Positions 8,829 through 17,806 of a DNA stretch of 64,000 bases are shown here, in pieces. How positions within the stretch are numbered: position 1 is the first letter of the stretch; each line of letters starts with the position of its first letter. This DNA is from an uncultured Bordetella sp. (GTDB lineage Bacteria; Pseudomonadota; Gammaproteobacteria; Burkholderiales; SG8-41), in assembly GCA_964531455.1 (NCBI GenBank), contig CAZHFZ010000003.1:26372-90371 (forward strand). The letters are read 5' to 3'. The notes below the pieces were generated by a model. The model made no database searches. It saw nothing but the letters and a program-made list of their open reading frames with translations, and was not told the DNA's origin. The position numbers and the translations under genes were made by a program.

Positions 8829-10295
8829 TTACCGCTCCCCCTGCCGATTCCCTTGCGCCTGTTCAATGCGCTCGCGCAAACCATCAATGTCTTTGCGTTC
8901 ACCTCGAACGCGAAAGAATGCCCCTTCTGTCTCAGCGCGCTCCTCAAGCACCTCGCAATTGGAGAACACTTCGCCGCGTAATTGCTGTGCCGACCAAGGC
9001 AGGAACAATTCGGCCTTGACCAGGCGCTTGGCGAAAAACGCACGAATTGTTTTGTGCAATTTGGCAACATCGTCCTTATCAACCGCACTCATAACGATGC
9101 ACTTCGGAAACTGGGCGCGCAATGCCTTGGCGCGCTCTTTCTGAACCCTGGCATCCCCCACCTGATCAATCTTGTTGAACACCAGCAAGCGCGGCACCTT
9201 CCCTGCCTCAATCTCCTCAATTACCTTTTCGGTCACAGCGAGCTGGCGTTCAAATCCGGGATCACTGGCATCAATCACATGAAGCAATAACGACGCTTCC
9301 GCCGCTTCTTCAAGGGTCGATTTGAATGATGCAACCAGATCATGAGGCAGGTTCTTGATGAAGCCCACCGTATCGCTGACCAGCACCCGGGGTATTCCAT
9401 CCGGCACCAGCGCACGTACGGTTGTATCGAGCGTTGCAAACAGCTTGTTGGCAACAAGCACCTCGCTGCCCGTCAGCGCACGCATCAGCGTGGATTTACC
9501 CGCGTTGGTATAACCGATGAGCGCCACACGCGCCAACCCCTGGCTCTCCTGTCGCCGTGCGCGTTGCACCTGACGCTCAAGATCGAGCGCGATGATTTCC
9601 TGTTTCAACTCGGCAATACGGTCGCGAATTTTCGCGCGATCCGCCTCACCTGCGCCTTCACCGGCACCGCGGCCGCCCACACCACTGCGTTGCCGGCCCT
9701 GCGGGCCGGCCAGTTTAGCTGCTTCACGCAAACGCGGAGCGAGATATCGCAGGCGCGCAATCTCAACCTGCGCACGAGCCGCATTGGAACGTGCATGGCG
9801 GTGGAATATTTCGAGAATGACCATGGTGCGATCAAGCACATCACAGCCGATCTCGTTTTCCAGATTACGGGCCTGCGATGGCGATATTTCATGATCAACC
9901 AGAACAAAAGCTGCGCGACGGGAGTCCTTGGCAGCCAAAGCTTTGGCCTCTTCACGCGCGGCGACAGCACCATGGCGCGCCTTTCGCTTTTCCACCAGTT
10001 CGCTTGAATTCTGCTCAACGCCATCTGCATCGGATGACGTTCCATCCGCTGCACTGGCGGCCGGCTCGCCCTGCACAAAGCGGCGCATTTCCTCACGCTT
10101 GCCGACCCCCAGATAAGCGGTCGAATCAAAACTGGTGCGCTTCTGCGTAAAAGTACCGACCACTTCAAATCCCAGTGTCTTCGCCAACTCGCGCAGTTCG
10201 CTCAGCGAAGACTCAAATTCGAGATCGCTTACCCCTGCAAGTTGCACAGCAGCAACGACAGCACGTTTTGGAGCCGCTTTGACTGCTTTTGACAT
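8829..10295 (-). CDS. hflX: Divergent HflX-family ribosome-associated GTPase (alternative TTG start at 10313)
   Basis: HflX N-domain (VLVDHEISPSQARNLE). G-domain GYTNAGKST, DTVGF, NKID. C-terminal domain present. About 45-aa low-complexity insertion. Not next to hfq. Confidence 0.85.
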   Translation of the reverse strand: MSKAVKAAPKRAVVAAVQLAGVSDLEFESSLSELRELAKTLGFEVVGTFTQKRTSFDSTAYLGVGKREEMRRFVQGEPAASAADGTSSDADGVEQNSSELVEKRKARHGAVAAREEAKALAAKDSRRAAFVLVDHEISPSQARNLENEIGCDVLDRTMVILEIFHRHARSNAARAQVEIARLRYLAPRLREAAKLAGPQGRQRSGVGGRGAGEGAGEADRAKIRDRIAELKQEIIALDLERQVQRARRQESQGLARVALIGYTNAGKSTLMRALTGSEVLVANKLFATLDTTVRALVPDGIPRVLVSDTVGFIKNLPHDLVASFKSTLEEAAEASLLLHVIDASDPGFERQLAVTEKVIEEIEAGKVPRLLVFNKIDQVGDARVQKERAKALRAQFPKCIVMSAVDKDDVAKLHKTIRAFFAKRLVKAELFLPWSAQQLRGEVFSNCEVLEERAETEGAFFRVRGERKDIDGLRERIEQAQGNRQGER

Positions 10296-10418
10296 TCGCA
10301 AACGCTTTTTCAATAGTTAAGTTCAAATGGTAATGCCAATCCGGCGACGCCACACTTGATCTAAGTCCCGTTTAGTTGATGTTGGACACCATCTGCGTTA
10401 ACCGGCCATTCCAGTATC

Positions 10419-11291
10419 ATGGTTCGCTTGGCAAACAGGAGAATCCAGATCGTAATCATCGATTCGCAGGTACACGCCTACGCTGCAAATACGCCCCAAC
10501 GACCGTGGCATAAAGTGCCGAACTGGCCCGATCACGTGACCGGCGACGAGATGGTTGCCGCAATGGACAAGGTCGGTGTTGACGGCTCGATTTTTGTCTC
10601 TTCTTTTACGATGTATCAGTACGACGCCAGTTACGCCATGGAAGTGCAGCAGGCTCATCCTGGCCGCTTCGCTTTGATCAAACCGGTTGATCCCTGCAAT
10701 CCTGCCGTAAACGAAGTCATTGCCGACTGGAAAAAGACGCCAGGCGCGGTCGGCATCCGCCTCATGATGACCAAAGATGCCGGACTTGATCCAGGAAATC
10801 CGGGGATTGAACGTATTCTGCGCGAAGCCGCCAGACAGGACATTCCGGTCAATTTTCATTGCCGGGGTAATTTGGATATCGCCATGGCGCTGATAGACCA
10901 TCACCATGGTACACGATTCATCATCGACCATCTTGGCCTGACGCAACCCCACACGCCGCCTCCTCTACCGCATCCCTGGAGTGACCTCCCCAAGGTGCTT
11001 GAGCTGGCCAAGCGCCCAAACGCGGCAATCAAAATCAGCGGCGCCTGCACCTTGTCTCGTGAACCTTACCCCTTCCCGGATATCTGGGACCCGCTTGCAC
11101 GCGTCTTCGACGCCTGGGGTTTTGACCGCTGCCTGTGGGGCACCGACTGGACGCGCGCCTTCGTGATCGTCAACTATGAGCAGGCTGTCGAGCCTTTCCG
11201 CACGACCAACCGCCTTGGTGAAGGCGAACGGGCCATGCTGATGGGAGGCGCTTGCGCGAAAGCCTATGGATGGTCACCGAAAAGAAGCTGA
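10419..11291 (+). CDS. Amidohydrolase-2 family metal-dependent hydrolase (lactonase/decarboxylase-type TIM barrel)
   Basis: IIDSQVH, IIDHLG and WGTDWT motifs characteristic of PF04909-type amidohydrolases. 290 aa. Confidence 0.8.
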   Translation: MVRLANRRIQIVIIDSQVHAYAANTPQRPWHKVPNWPDHVTGDEMVAAMDKVGVDGSIFVSSFTMYQYDASYAMEVQQAHPGRFALIKPVDPCNPAVNEVIADWKKTPGAVGIRLMMTKDAGLDPGNPGIERILREAARQDIPVNFHCRGNLDIAMALIDHHHGTRFIIDHLGLTQPHTPPPLPHPWSDLPKVLELAKRPNAAIKISGACTLSREPYPFPDIWDPLARVFDAWGFDRCLWGTDWTRAFVIVNYEQAVEPFRTTNRLGEGERAMLMGGACAKAYGWSPKRS

Positions 11292-11622
11292 AAAGTCCTG
11301 ACTGTGGTGATGAGTCACTCCCGACAGGAACACAGGAAATGAAATCCACATGGATTCACAGGAATGGCCGGCAATCCAGAATTGCCGATCATAAATTGCC
11401 AACTTCATTCTCTTAACATCCAGATCACATTAACCCCGGCACCATTTTTCCCTCATGTCGGTATCCGGAATAGCGGTATAGAGAATGGCGTAGCTGTCAG
11501 CGACAGTGGAACTCGACCATCATCATATGAACAGGATCGAGATGGCGTCGGAAACCTTTTCGCAACAGAAAGCAGCACCATTCAATACGTGATTGGAAGC
11601 GGCAGTTAAGCAACCCCCACAT

Positions 11623-12615
11623 CTAATCCAGCTTAAGGCCTGATTCCTTGAAAAACTTCCTTAAACGCGTCACTTCATCCGTAATGTAGGCAGCAAACTG
11701 CTGAGGACTATTGGGCTGTGCCGCATCGAGGCCCTGCCGCAGGAGTTTTTCACGCACATCCTGTGCAGCAGTTGCTTTCAGCACTTCCGCATTCAGCCGA
11801 TTGACAATCGACTTGGATGTTGCTGATCCCGCCGCTACGCCGAACCATTGCACAACCTCAAAACCCGGAAGACCTGATTCCGCAATTGTAGGGATATCCG
11901 GTGCAGCGTCCGAGCGCCTGGCGCTAGTAACTCCAAGCCCGCGCAACTTCCCGGCCCTGATATTGGGCAATGAAGTCGATACCGAACCAAACAAGAGTTG
12001 CACATGTCCGCCAAGCAACGCCACAGAAGCAGGTCCGCCGCCACTGAACGGAACATGCAGGAGCTTGATTCCGGCAGCATGAGCAAAAAGTTCGCCGATG
12101 ATGTGGGATGTTGTTCCTGTTCCCGGAGATGCAAACGTGAATTTTCCCGGTGAGGTCTTGGCGAGCTGTATTAATTCACCAATATTCCTTGCCGGCACCG
12201 TTATATTGGCCGTCAAAAGATTGGGAACCATCACTGCCAGGGCAATCGGCGAGAAATCATGCTGGGGGTCATACGGCAATTTGGCGCCAAGGCTCGGGGC
12301 AAACGTAAAATTGCTCGAAGACGCCAACAAGATGGTGTATCCATCAGGGGTCGCCTTTGCTGCCAGTTCGACACCGATGTTTCCACCAGCCCCGGTACGA
12401 TTATCGATAATGACCTGACGCCCGAAAGATGCTGTCATTTTCTCGGCGAGCAGCCGGGACACCATGTCTGCGGCCCCTCCGGGTGGAAACGGACAAATCA
12501 GGCGAACCGGCTTTTCGGGATACGGCGAGGCATTTGCAAAAGCAGCAAAAGCAGCAAAAGCAGCTGATGCCAGAAATGCGGCTTTAAGAGGCCACTTTTT
12601 TACGCCACAAGGCAT
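11623..12615 (-). CDS. Bug/TctC-family tripartite tricarboxylate transporter periplasmic binding protein
   Basis: Signal peptide then YPEKPVRLICPFPPGGAADMVSR. About 325 aa, typical Bug architecture. Confidence 0.9.
   Translation of the reverse strand: MPCGVKKWPLKAAFLASAAFAAFAAFANASPYPEKPVRLICPFPPGGAADMVSRLLAEKMTASFGRQVIIDNRTGAGGNIGVELAAKATPDGYTILLASSSNFTFAPSLGAKLPYDPQHDFSPIALAVMVPNLLTANITVPARNIGELIQLAKTSPGKFTFASPGTGTTSHIIGELFAHAAGIKLLHVPFSGGGPASVALLGGHVQLLFGSVSTSLPNIRAGKLRGLGVTSARRSDAAPDIPTIAESGLPGFEVVQWFGVAAGSATSKSIVNRLNAEVLKATAAQDVREKLLRQGLDAAQPNSPQQFAAYITDEVTRLRKFFKESGLKLD
12536..12562. repeat. Perfect 9-bp x3 tandem repeat (GCAAAAGCA) inside the signal-peptide coding region
   Basis: Read directly: gcaaaagca gcaaaagca gcaaaagca. 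Encodes (AAF)3 in the h-region of the Bug protein 11623..12615. Confidence 0.9.
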
Positions 12616-12649
12616 TCAGTTCTCCTTAAATTTTCTGAATCAGATAACC

Positions 12650-12667
12650 TGACGATCAACATCGTCA
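12650..12667. promoter_or_regulatory. 7-4-7 perfect inverted repeat TGACGAT-CAAC-ATCGTCA in divergent Bug/Bug intergenic region (candidate operator)
   Basis: Seen in sequence. Lies within the 111-bp spacer between starts at 12615 (-) and 12727 (+). Confidence 0.35.
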
Positions 12668-12726
12668 ATAAACCCATGGAAGTACAACGGGTTTCACAGC
12701 GGTACCAATAACAAGGAGGGTTGGGG

Positions 12727-13710
12727 ATGAGACTTTTATTGTCGAAAAAACACCTTTTTGCCTTGAGCGCCATTTTAAACCTCTTCACAGGAGTCAGTCC
12801 TTGTGCAGCGGAAGGTCTTCCTGCAAAACCCGTCCGATTTATCGTGCCGTTTGCGGCAGGTGGTGGAACAGATATTGCCGCCCGGGTTTACGCCGCTACT
12901 TTAACCAGGCAAACGGGACAAAATTTCGTAGTCGATAATCGTCCTGGAGCATCCGGAGCCGTCGGCGTCGATATCACGGCAAAAGCACACCCAGATGGGC
13001 AAACCATCTGCATCATCTCCGCATCCAATACCGTCAATTCAGCCGTAAATCAGCAGCTTCCCTACAACTTAGCGAAAGACTTGCAAGGCATCACCCAAGT
13101 GACTTCAGCATTCTTTATTCTTGTCGTCCATCAATCTTCACCGATTAAATCGACCAAAGAACTGATCGCTTACGCAAAAGCGCAGCCCGAAAAATTAAAC
13201 TACGGCTCATCGGGCACCGGGGGAATCACGCATCTTGCCGGAGCGCTTTTTTCGCAACTCGCAAGAATCTCCATGGTTCATATTCCCTATCGGGGCGAAT
13301 CTGCCGCGATCACGGATCTTCTGGGCGGACAAACGCAACTACAGTTCGCGTCACCACTGAATGCCAGCCCGCACTTGAGTAGCGGAAAATTGCGCGCGCT
13401 GGGCATCTCATCCGGTAAACGCAATGCGGCCATGGCTGATATTCCCACCCTGGCCGAGTCAGGGGTTCCCGGCTACGACGTCAGCCAGTGGTACGGCGTC
13501 ATTACTTCTGCGAAGGTGCCTGTGGCTCCGGTTAACCGCCTGTCAGAAGCTTTCGCAGCCGCGGCAAAGGAGCAGGAAATCGTGCAGCGCCTGCGAACCG
13601 ATGGTGTTGATGCCGTCAGCAGCAAACCAGCGGTATTTCACGCTCACGTCACGGCTGAAATCGGAAAATGGGCAAAGCTCGTAAAGGAAACGGGGCTGCG
13701 GCTGCAATAA
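12727..13710 (+). CDS. Bug/TctC-family periplasmic binding protein
   Basis: ATG 12727 preceded by AGGAGG. Signal peptide. PAKPVRFIVPFAAGGGTDIAAR motif. Confidence 0.9.
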   Translation: MRLLLSKKHLFALSAILNLFTGVSPCAAEGLPAKPVRFIVPFAAGGGTDIAARVYAATLTRQTGQNFVVDNRPGASGAVGVDITAKAHPDGQTICIISASNTVNSAVNQQLPYNLAKDLQGITQVTSAFFILVVHQSSPIKSTKELIAYAKAQPEKLNYGSSGTGGITHLAGALFSQLARISMVHIPYRGESAAITDLLGGQTQLQFASPLNASPHLSSGKLRALGISSGKRNAAMADIPTLAESGVPGYDVSQWYGVITSAKVPVAPVNRLSEAFAAAAKEQEIVQRLRTDGVDAVSSKPAVFHAHVTAEIGKWAKLVKETGLRLQ

Positions 13711-13812
13711 CCATGGTAGGTCGTAATCTTTTCTCTATATGGCCTCTACCCTTTAATGCAGGTCTAAAAGACCACTAGAGCTTAAGTCGCTGCTGAAACA
13801 TTGCACCTTGTC

Positions 13813-13833
13813 GGGCGGAAGCTCCTTCCGCCC
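13813..13833. terminator. GC-rich hairpin between convergent genes (possible bidirectional terminator, no U-tract)
   Basis: Stem GGGCGGAAG/CTTCCGCCC (9 bp), 3-nt loop. Between the Bug stop (13710) and the PilZ gene stop (14014). Confidence 0.35.
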
Positions 13834-14013
13834 TCGTAACAGTCACAACATCAAATTACCGATTGCCTTGCGCAATCATTTTGCGTCGCCGTGTATGTTC
13901 TGAAGCGGATTTGGCGAAATTCCTGAGCATGATGTCCGCACTTTGCATCAGACAAATCCTGCGCGTGCCAATGCCCGAATCGCCAGCCCCTGTAAAGCGG
14001 CAGAAACAGGAAT

Positions 14014-15195
14014 CTACCCTCCGCTCTTCGCGAGCAGCAGTTCAAACTGTCGCTCCTCACCAAGGATGAATCCCGCAAATTCTTCCAAAGCCTCGGGCGT
14101 AATCGCCTTGGGTTCAATTTCATGCTCAAGAACACCAAAGTGCTCAACATTGATCGTGCGCAGATGGATGCGTCCGGATTCAAAATCCGCCTGCAGCAGA
14201 ACACTCGCCCTGACTTCGCACAAAAACATGAAGGTACTGCGCTCAACAAAGCCGCGGGCATTCAACGAATCCTTGGTCGTGTACTCTATCCTGTTCTCAG
14301 CCAGCAACTGCTTGAGTCGCTCATTTCTGGGGCTGTCGACAGTCGTCTGGATCTGCTTGTCGCCGGACAGGCGATAACTCAAAGTAACCCGATCAAACAA
14401 CTGCTTGCCGGGGGCCAATTGGCGCTTCTGGAAATCCACGCTGCCCGCCGACCACTTCAGTCCCGCGAAGTCCGGCACTCCAGTAAGCGGATAACCCTTG
14501 TCAAACGCTGGTTTGACCACGTTAAGCTGCTGCATCAATTCCTTCAGATATCCGAATGCGCGCTCCAGCGCCTCGCTGATACGATTGTTGACCTCATCAC
14601 TGTTGTCCTTTTTTTCCTCCAGCAACCTGGATTGCGCCAATTCCTTGAGGCGGGCCAATCGGCTGTTGGTGGTAATCGACGCAGACGCCTCCATGACCTC
14701 TTCATGGTGGACGGCTTGACTGGTTTCCATCTCCCTTATGAGATCCGCCAGAATGGCGAGTTCATCACCCGGTTGACTTACAAAGCTCAACCCCAGGTGG
14801 AATCCGGAGCCGGATGGCGACTTGCGTGAGGAAACAACGCGGGCGTGTGCCTTGATCACTTTTGGCCGTTCCTGGTCCTGCTTTAATGGCTGACCAAGCA
14901 ATACCGTCAGCAACGCCCCCATCTCGCCATCCTTTTCACTGATGATGGCGGCTCCCCCCAAAGACAAATCGATCGTTTGCGTATGCTGGATGATCGGCTT
15001 TCCATCAGGCGCAAGAAGCACAATGGCCACCTTCCAGTTTGCCGGATGACGCTTGAAACTTCTCCGATTATTTTTATTGTCCATGGCTTTTTTTGTTTCA
15101 AAGAATTCATGAAAGTAACAAATCCCGATGAATTCGGATAGCGCAAATATCAAGACTGTTGCCACTGGAAACCAGCGATACAGCAGGCGGGCCAA
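14014..15195 (-). CDS. Membrane-anchored PilZ-domain protein with coiled-coil and an unassigned ~230-aa C-terminal domain
   Basis: N-terminal TM helix (WFPVATVLIFALSEFIGICYF). Canonical PilZ motifs RRSFKR ... DLSLGGAAI. TTG start 12 nt after the stop of the upstream Hsp70-like gene. I recognise no motif in the C-terminal half. Confidence 0.8.
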   Translation of the reverse strand: MARLLYRWFPVATVLIFALSEFIGICYFHEFFETKKAMDNKNNRRSFKRHPANWKVAIVLLAPDGKPIIQHTQTIDLSLGGAAIISEKDGEMGALLTVLLGQPLKQDQERPKVIKAHARVVSSRKSPSGSGFHLGLSFVSQPGDELAILADLIREMETSQAVHHEEVMEASASITTNSRLARLKELAQSRLLEEKKDNSDEVNNRISEALERAFGYLKELMQQLNVVKPAFDKGYPLTGVPDFAGLKWSAGSVDFQKRQLAPGKQLFDRVTLSYRLSGDKQIQTTVDSPRNERLKQLLAENRIEYTTKDSLNARGFVERSTFMFLCEVRASVLLQADFESGRIHLRTINVEHFGVLEHEIEPKAITPEALEEFAGFILGEERQFELLLAKSGG

Positions 15196-15207
15196 TCAGT
15201 CATGTTT

Positions 15208-16650
15208 CTAGCTGAAAGTCCTGCCCGCACACAATCCCAGCCCTTTGCCGACACTACCAAGCATGTCGCCGGCTTTTAATGGAATCCCCGGGCCAACAAG
15301 GTCTGCAACCGCCGACCTGATCATTGGTGAAAACGCCATGCCCCCGGTCAGAAACACCACATCAGGTTTGCACCCTGCTGCGGCCAGGGCTTCAGCAGCC
15401 AAAGCGCCCACCTTGCTGACCAACCGGTCCGTCGCATCCAGAAATGATGCTCTCTTGACGACGACCTCAAGACCGTCCTCGATAAAACCCAGCGGCACAG
15501 CACACGACTCCTTTTGTGAGAGGGTTATCTTGGTTTGCTCCGCACCATGGACGATCCGGTATTGAAGCTGCTGCTGACAGACCTTGAGCAGCCTCATCCA
15601 TTTTTCAGGGAGTTCGGCTTGGGTTATCAATTCGCGGATTTCATGCTCAGCCCTGGCGAAACGGATCTGCGAGGGCAGGTTACGGATCGAAATGGCGTCA
15701 TGAACCAGTGAATGGGGCAAAGGCCGCCCGCTTTTGGCACAAGTGCTTTTTCCGAATGCAGGCATCAGCGAATGCCACGCCAGCGCCTCGTCAAAGTCGG
15801 TACCACCAATGCGGTCGCCTGAAACGCCCAGAATGTCCGCCAGCCTGTTGCGCTGATGCGCACGAGCGGGGCTCACGCGCATCATCACACAATCCGTAGT
15901 ACCGCCGCCGACGTCGATCACCAACAGCTTCTGTTCGTTGGCAATCGACATTTCATATTCGTAAGCAGCGGATACCGGCTCCAGCTCGAAACTGACATCC
16001 ATGAAGCCGGCACGTTCGGCGGCTCTTGCCATGACCTGCAGGGCCTGTGAATTACCTTGCTCGCCCATGGTACCGTGGTAACGCACCGGGCGCCCCAGGA
16101 CTGCCTGATTGATTTCACAAGACGCAACGGCTTCAGCACGCCTTTTGATGTGCCCGAGCATCGCGGTAACGATGTCTTCAAAGCGTGAAAGGTGATTCTC
16201 GTGAATATCGCTCCCGAGGAAGGATTTGGGAGAACGCACCAGAACGCCTCCCAGCGGATCACTGAAATAAGCACGGAGCGCTGCGTTACCGTAAATAATC
16301 GCCTGACCATTATCCAGCATGGAAAAGAATGACTGATCCCAGTAGGCTTTTTCCGCCTCGTTCAGTGATTCCCGCCGCATCGCATCCTGGATAACGCGCT
16401 CCAGTTCCAGGTCATCCAGGGCTGCAACTCCGCTTGCCTTGTTTCTGATCTGCTCTGCACGAGCGATGCGAAAGCGCTTTTCAAACTCCCCATTCTCGAT
16501 TTGCCCGAGGGCGATTTCACGCCGGGCAGTAAAAACAATTGACGGCATCGTGAGTTCATCGCCATCCAGCGGAACCGGGGAAATCCGGCCTTGATCGGCC
16601 ACATATGCCGTGCAATTCGACGTGCCGAAATCAATACCTATAGAAGCCAC
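15208..16650 (-). CDS. yegD: YegD-type Hsp70-family (actin-fold) ATPase lacking a substrate-binding domain
   Basis: IGIDFGTSNC (phosphate-1), VRSPKSFLG, LVIDVGGGTTDC (phosphate-2), IGGTDFDEALA, FLTGGMAFSPMIR (adenosine). Colinear with E. coli YegD as recalled. 480 aa. Confidence 0.85.
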   Translation of the reverse strand: MASIGIDFGTSNCTAYVADQGRISPVPLDGDELTMPSIVFTARREIALGQIENGEFEKRFRIARAEQIRNKASGVAALDDLELERVIQDAMRRESLNEAEKAYWDQSFFSMLDNGQAIIYGNAALRAYFSDPLGGVLVRSPKSFLGSDIHENHLSRFEDIVTAMLGHIKRRAEAVASCEINQAVLGRPVRYHGTMGEQGNSQALQVMARAAERAGFMDVSFELEPVSAAYEYEMSIANEQKLLVIDVGGGTTDCVMMRVSPARAHQRNRLADILGVSGDRIGGTDFDEALAWHSLMPAFGKSTCAKSGRPLPHSLVHDAISIRNLPSQIRFARAEHEIRELITQAELPEKWMRLLKVCQQQLQYRIVHGAEQTKITLSQKESCAVPLGFIEDGLEVVVKRASFLDATDRLVSKVGALAAEALAAAGCKPDVVFLTGGMAFSPMIRSAVADLVGPGIPLKAGDMLGSVGKGLGLCAGRTFS

Positions 16651-16882
16651 TTTTACCCGTTCCTGTCATTCATCAAAAATTAAATTCAAACGATCGAAGG
16701 CAGCACACAGGGACACGATTTATTCCGCAACGGCCTTGTGCCGCTTTGAAGGGATGACCGGATTGCGCATGATTACGGAAGCAATTGCCCGATAGGTCAT
16801 GCACTGCCCGGAAAAGACTGGTTAATAGCCAATACAGTGAACCGTTAACCAGCTAACGGTTTCACCCCACCGCCGTTGCCAG

Positions 16883-17806
16883 TCACTGTCGCGCCACACG
16901 GAAGCCACGTGCATATACCCGGACAACCACCGGACTTCCTACGCGATAGGCCGAGCGCAGTATCGCGGGTGCATCATCCCAACCGCCACCGCGCACAGCA
17001 CGAAAATCGCAGTTACCGGTCATCCACGCACTTCCGTCCGAGGGAGCGCCACGATAGTCGGGGTTCCAGCAATCCGCCGTCCATTCCGCAACGTTGCCCA
17101 GCATGTCATGCAAGCCGAATTGATTGGCGCGATAACTACCGACCGGAGCGGTATGTGCGTGTCCGTCAGCACAGGCTGCTGCAGGCCAATTGCCTGCCTC
17201 GTTGACGGTCGATACCGTGTTTTGATCGGCGCCGTTGGCATGCTGACATGATTGCCGGCTGTCCTGCCCCCAGAACCGTGACTCCGCTGATCCACCCCGT
17301 GCCGCATACTCCCATTCAGCCTCCGTCAGCAGCCGGTATTGTTTTCCGGTCTTGACGGTGAGCCAGGATACGTAAGCTTGCGCATCATTCCAGCTGACGC
17401 AAGTTGCCGGATGACTGTCGTCCTGTATGTAGGCAGGATCGCGCCAGCTTTTCGCCGCATCCACAACGTAATCGCCATCACGCCAGACAAAACATCCGCT
17501 GTCATTGCGTTTTGTTGCTTCTGCAAACGCCCGGTACTGCTCCCGGGTAACTTCGAATTTACCAACGAAAAAAGGCCGGATTTTCACTCGTCGCTGAGGA
17601 TCGCTGCGATGCCGGAACTCTTGCGGCAGCATTTCACGGTCTTCTTCACCAGATGCCGCACCCATGACAAATTCACCGCCGGGAACCATGATCATTTCCG
17701 GGCACTCCGGACAATCCCTGATCGCTCCACCGGGACCGGCCTGTGCATGCGCATATCCACTGAAAATCACAAGGACCATGATTAACGGGCGTACCAGTCG
17801 CATCAT
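16883..17806 (-). CDS. Secreted formylglycine-generating-enzyme (SUMF1/FGE-sulfatase) family protein
   Basis: Signal peptide MMRLVRPLIMVLVIFSGYAHAQA. FVGKFEVTREQY, RLLTEAEWEYAARGG, GLHDMLGNVAEW, RGGGW...GFRVAR motifs. The ORF can extend to a TTG at 17836. Confidence 0.85.
   Translation of the reverse strand: MMRLVRPLIMVLVIFSGYAHAQAGPGGAIRDCPECPEMIMVPGGEFVMGAASGEEDREMLPQEFRHRSDPQRRVKIRPFFVGKFEVTREQYRAFAEATKRNDSGCFVWRDGDYVVDAAKSWRDPAYIQDDSHPATCVSWNDAQAYVSWLTVKTGKQYRLLTEAEWEYAARGGSAESRFWGQDSRQSCQHANGADQNTVSTVNEAGNWPAAACADGHAHTAPVGSYRANQFGLHDMLGNVAEWTADCWNPDYRGAPSDGSAWMTGNCDFRAVRGGGWDDAPAILRSAYRVGSPVVVRVYARGFRVARQ

Noticed and set aside
11364-11609. 81-aa ORF between the amidohydrolase and a Bug gene.
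   Set aside because: No RBS, lower GC than coding neighbours, no recognisable motif. It could be a small protein but is unsupported.
16840-16861. Hairpin AACCGTTA-ACCAGC-TAACGGTT just downstream of the FGE-like gene, as a terminator separating it from yegD.
   Set aside because: It has an 8-bp stem but no U-tract on the minus strand. The evidence is too weak to decide whether the FGE gene is transcriptionally separate.
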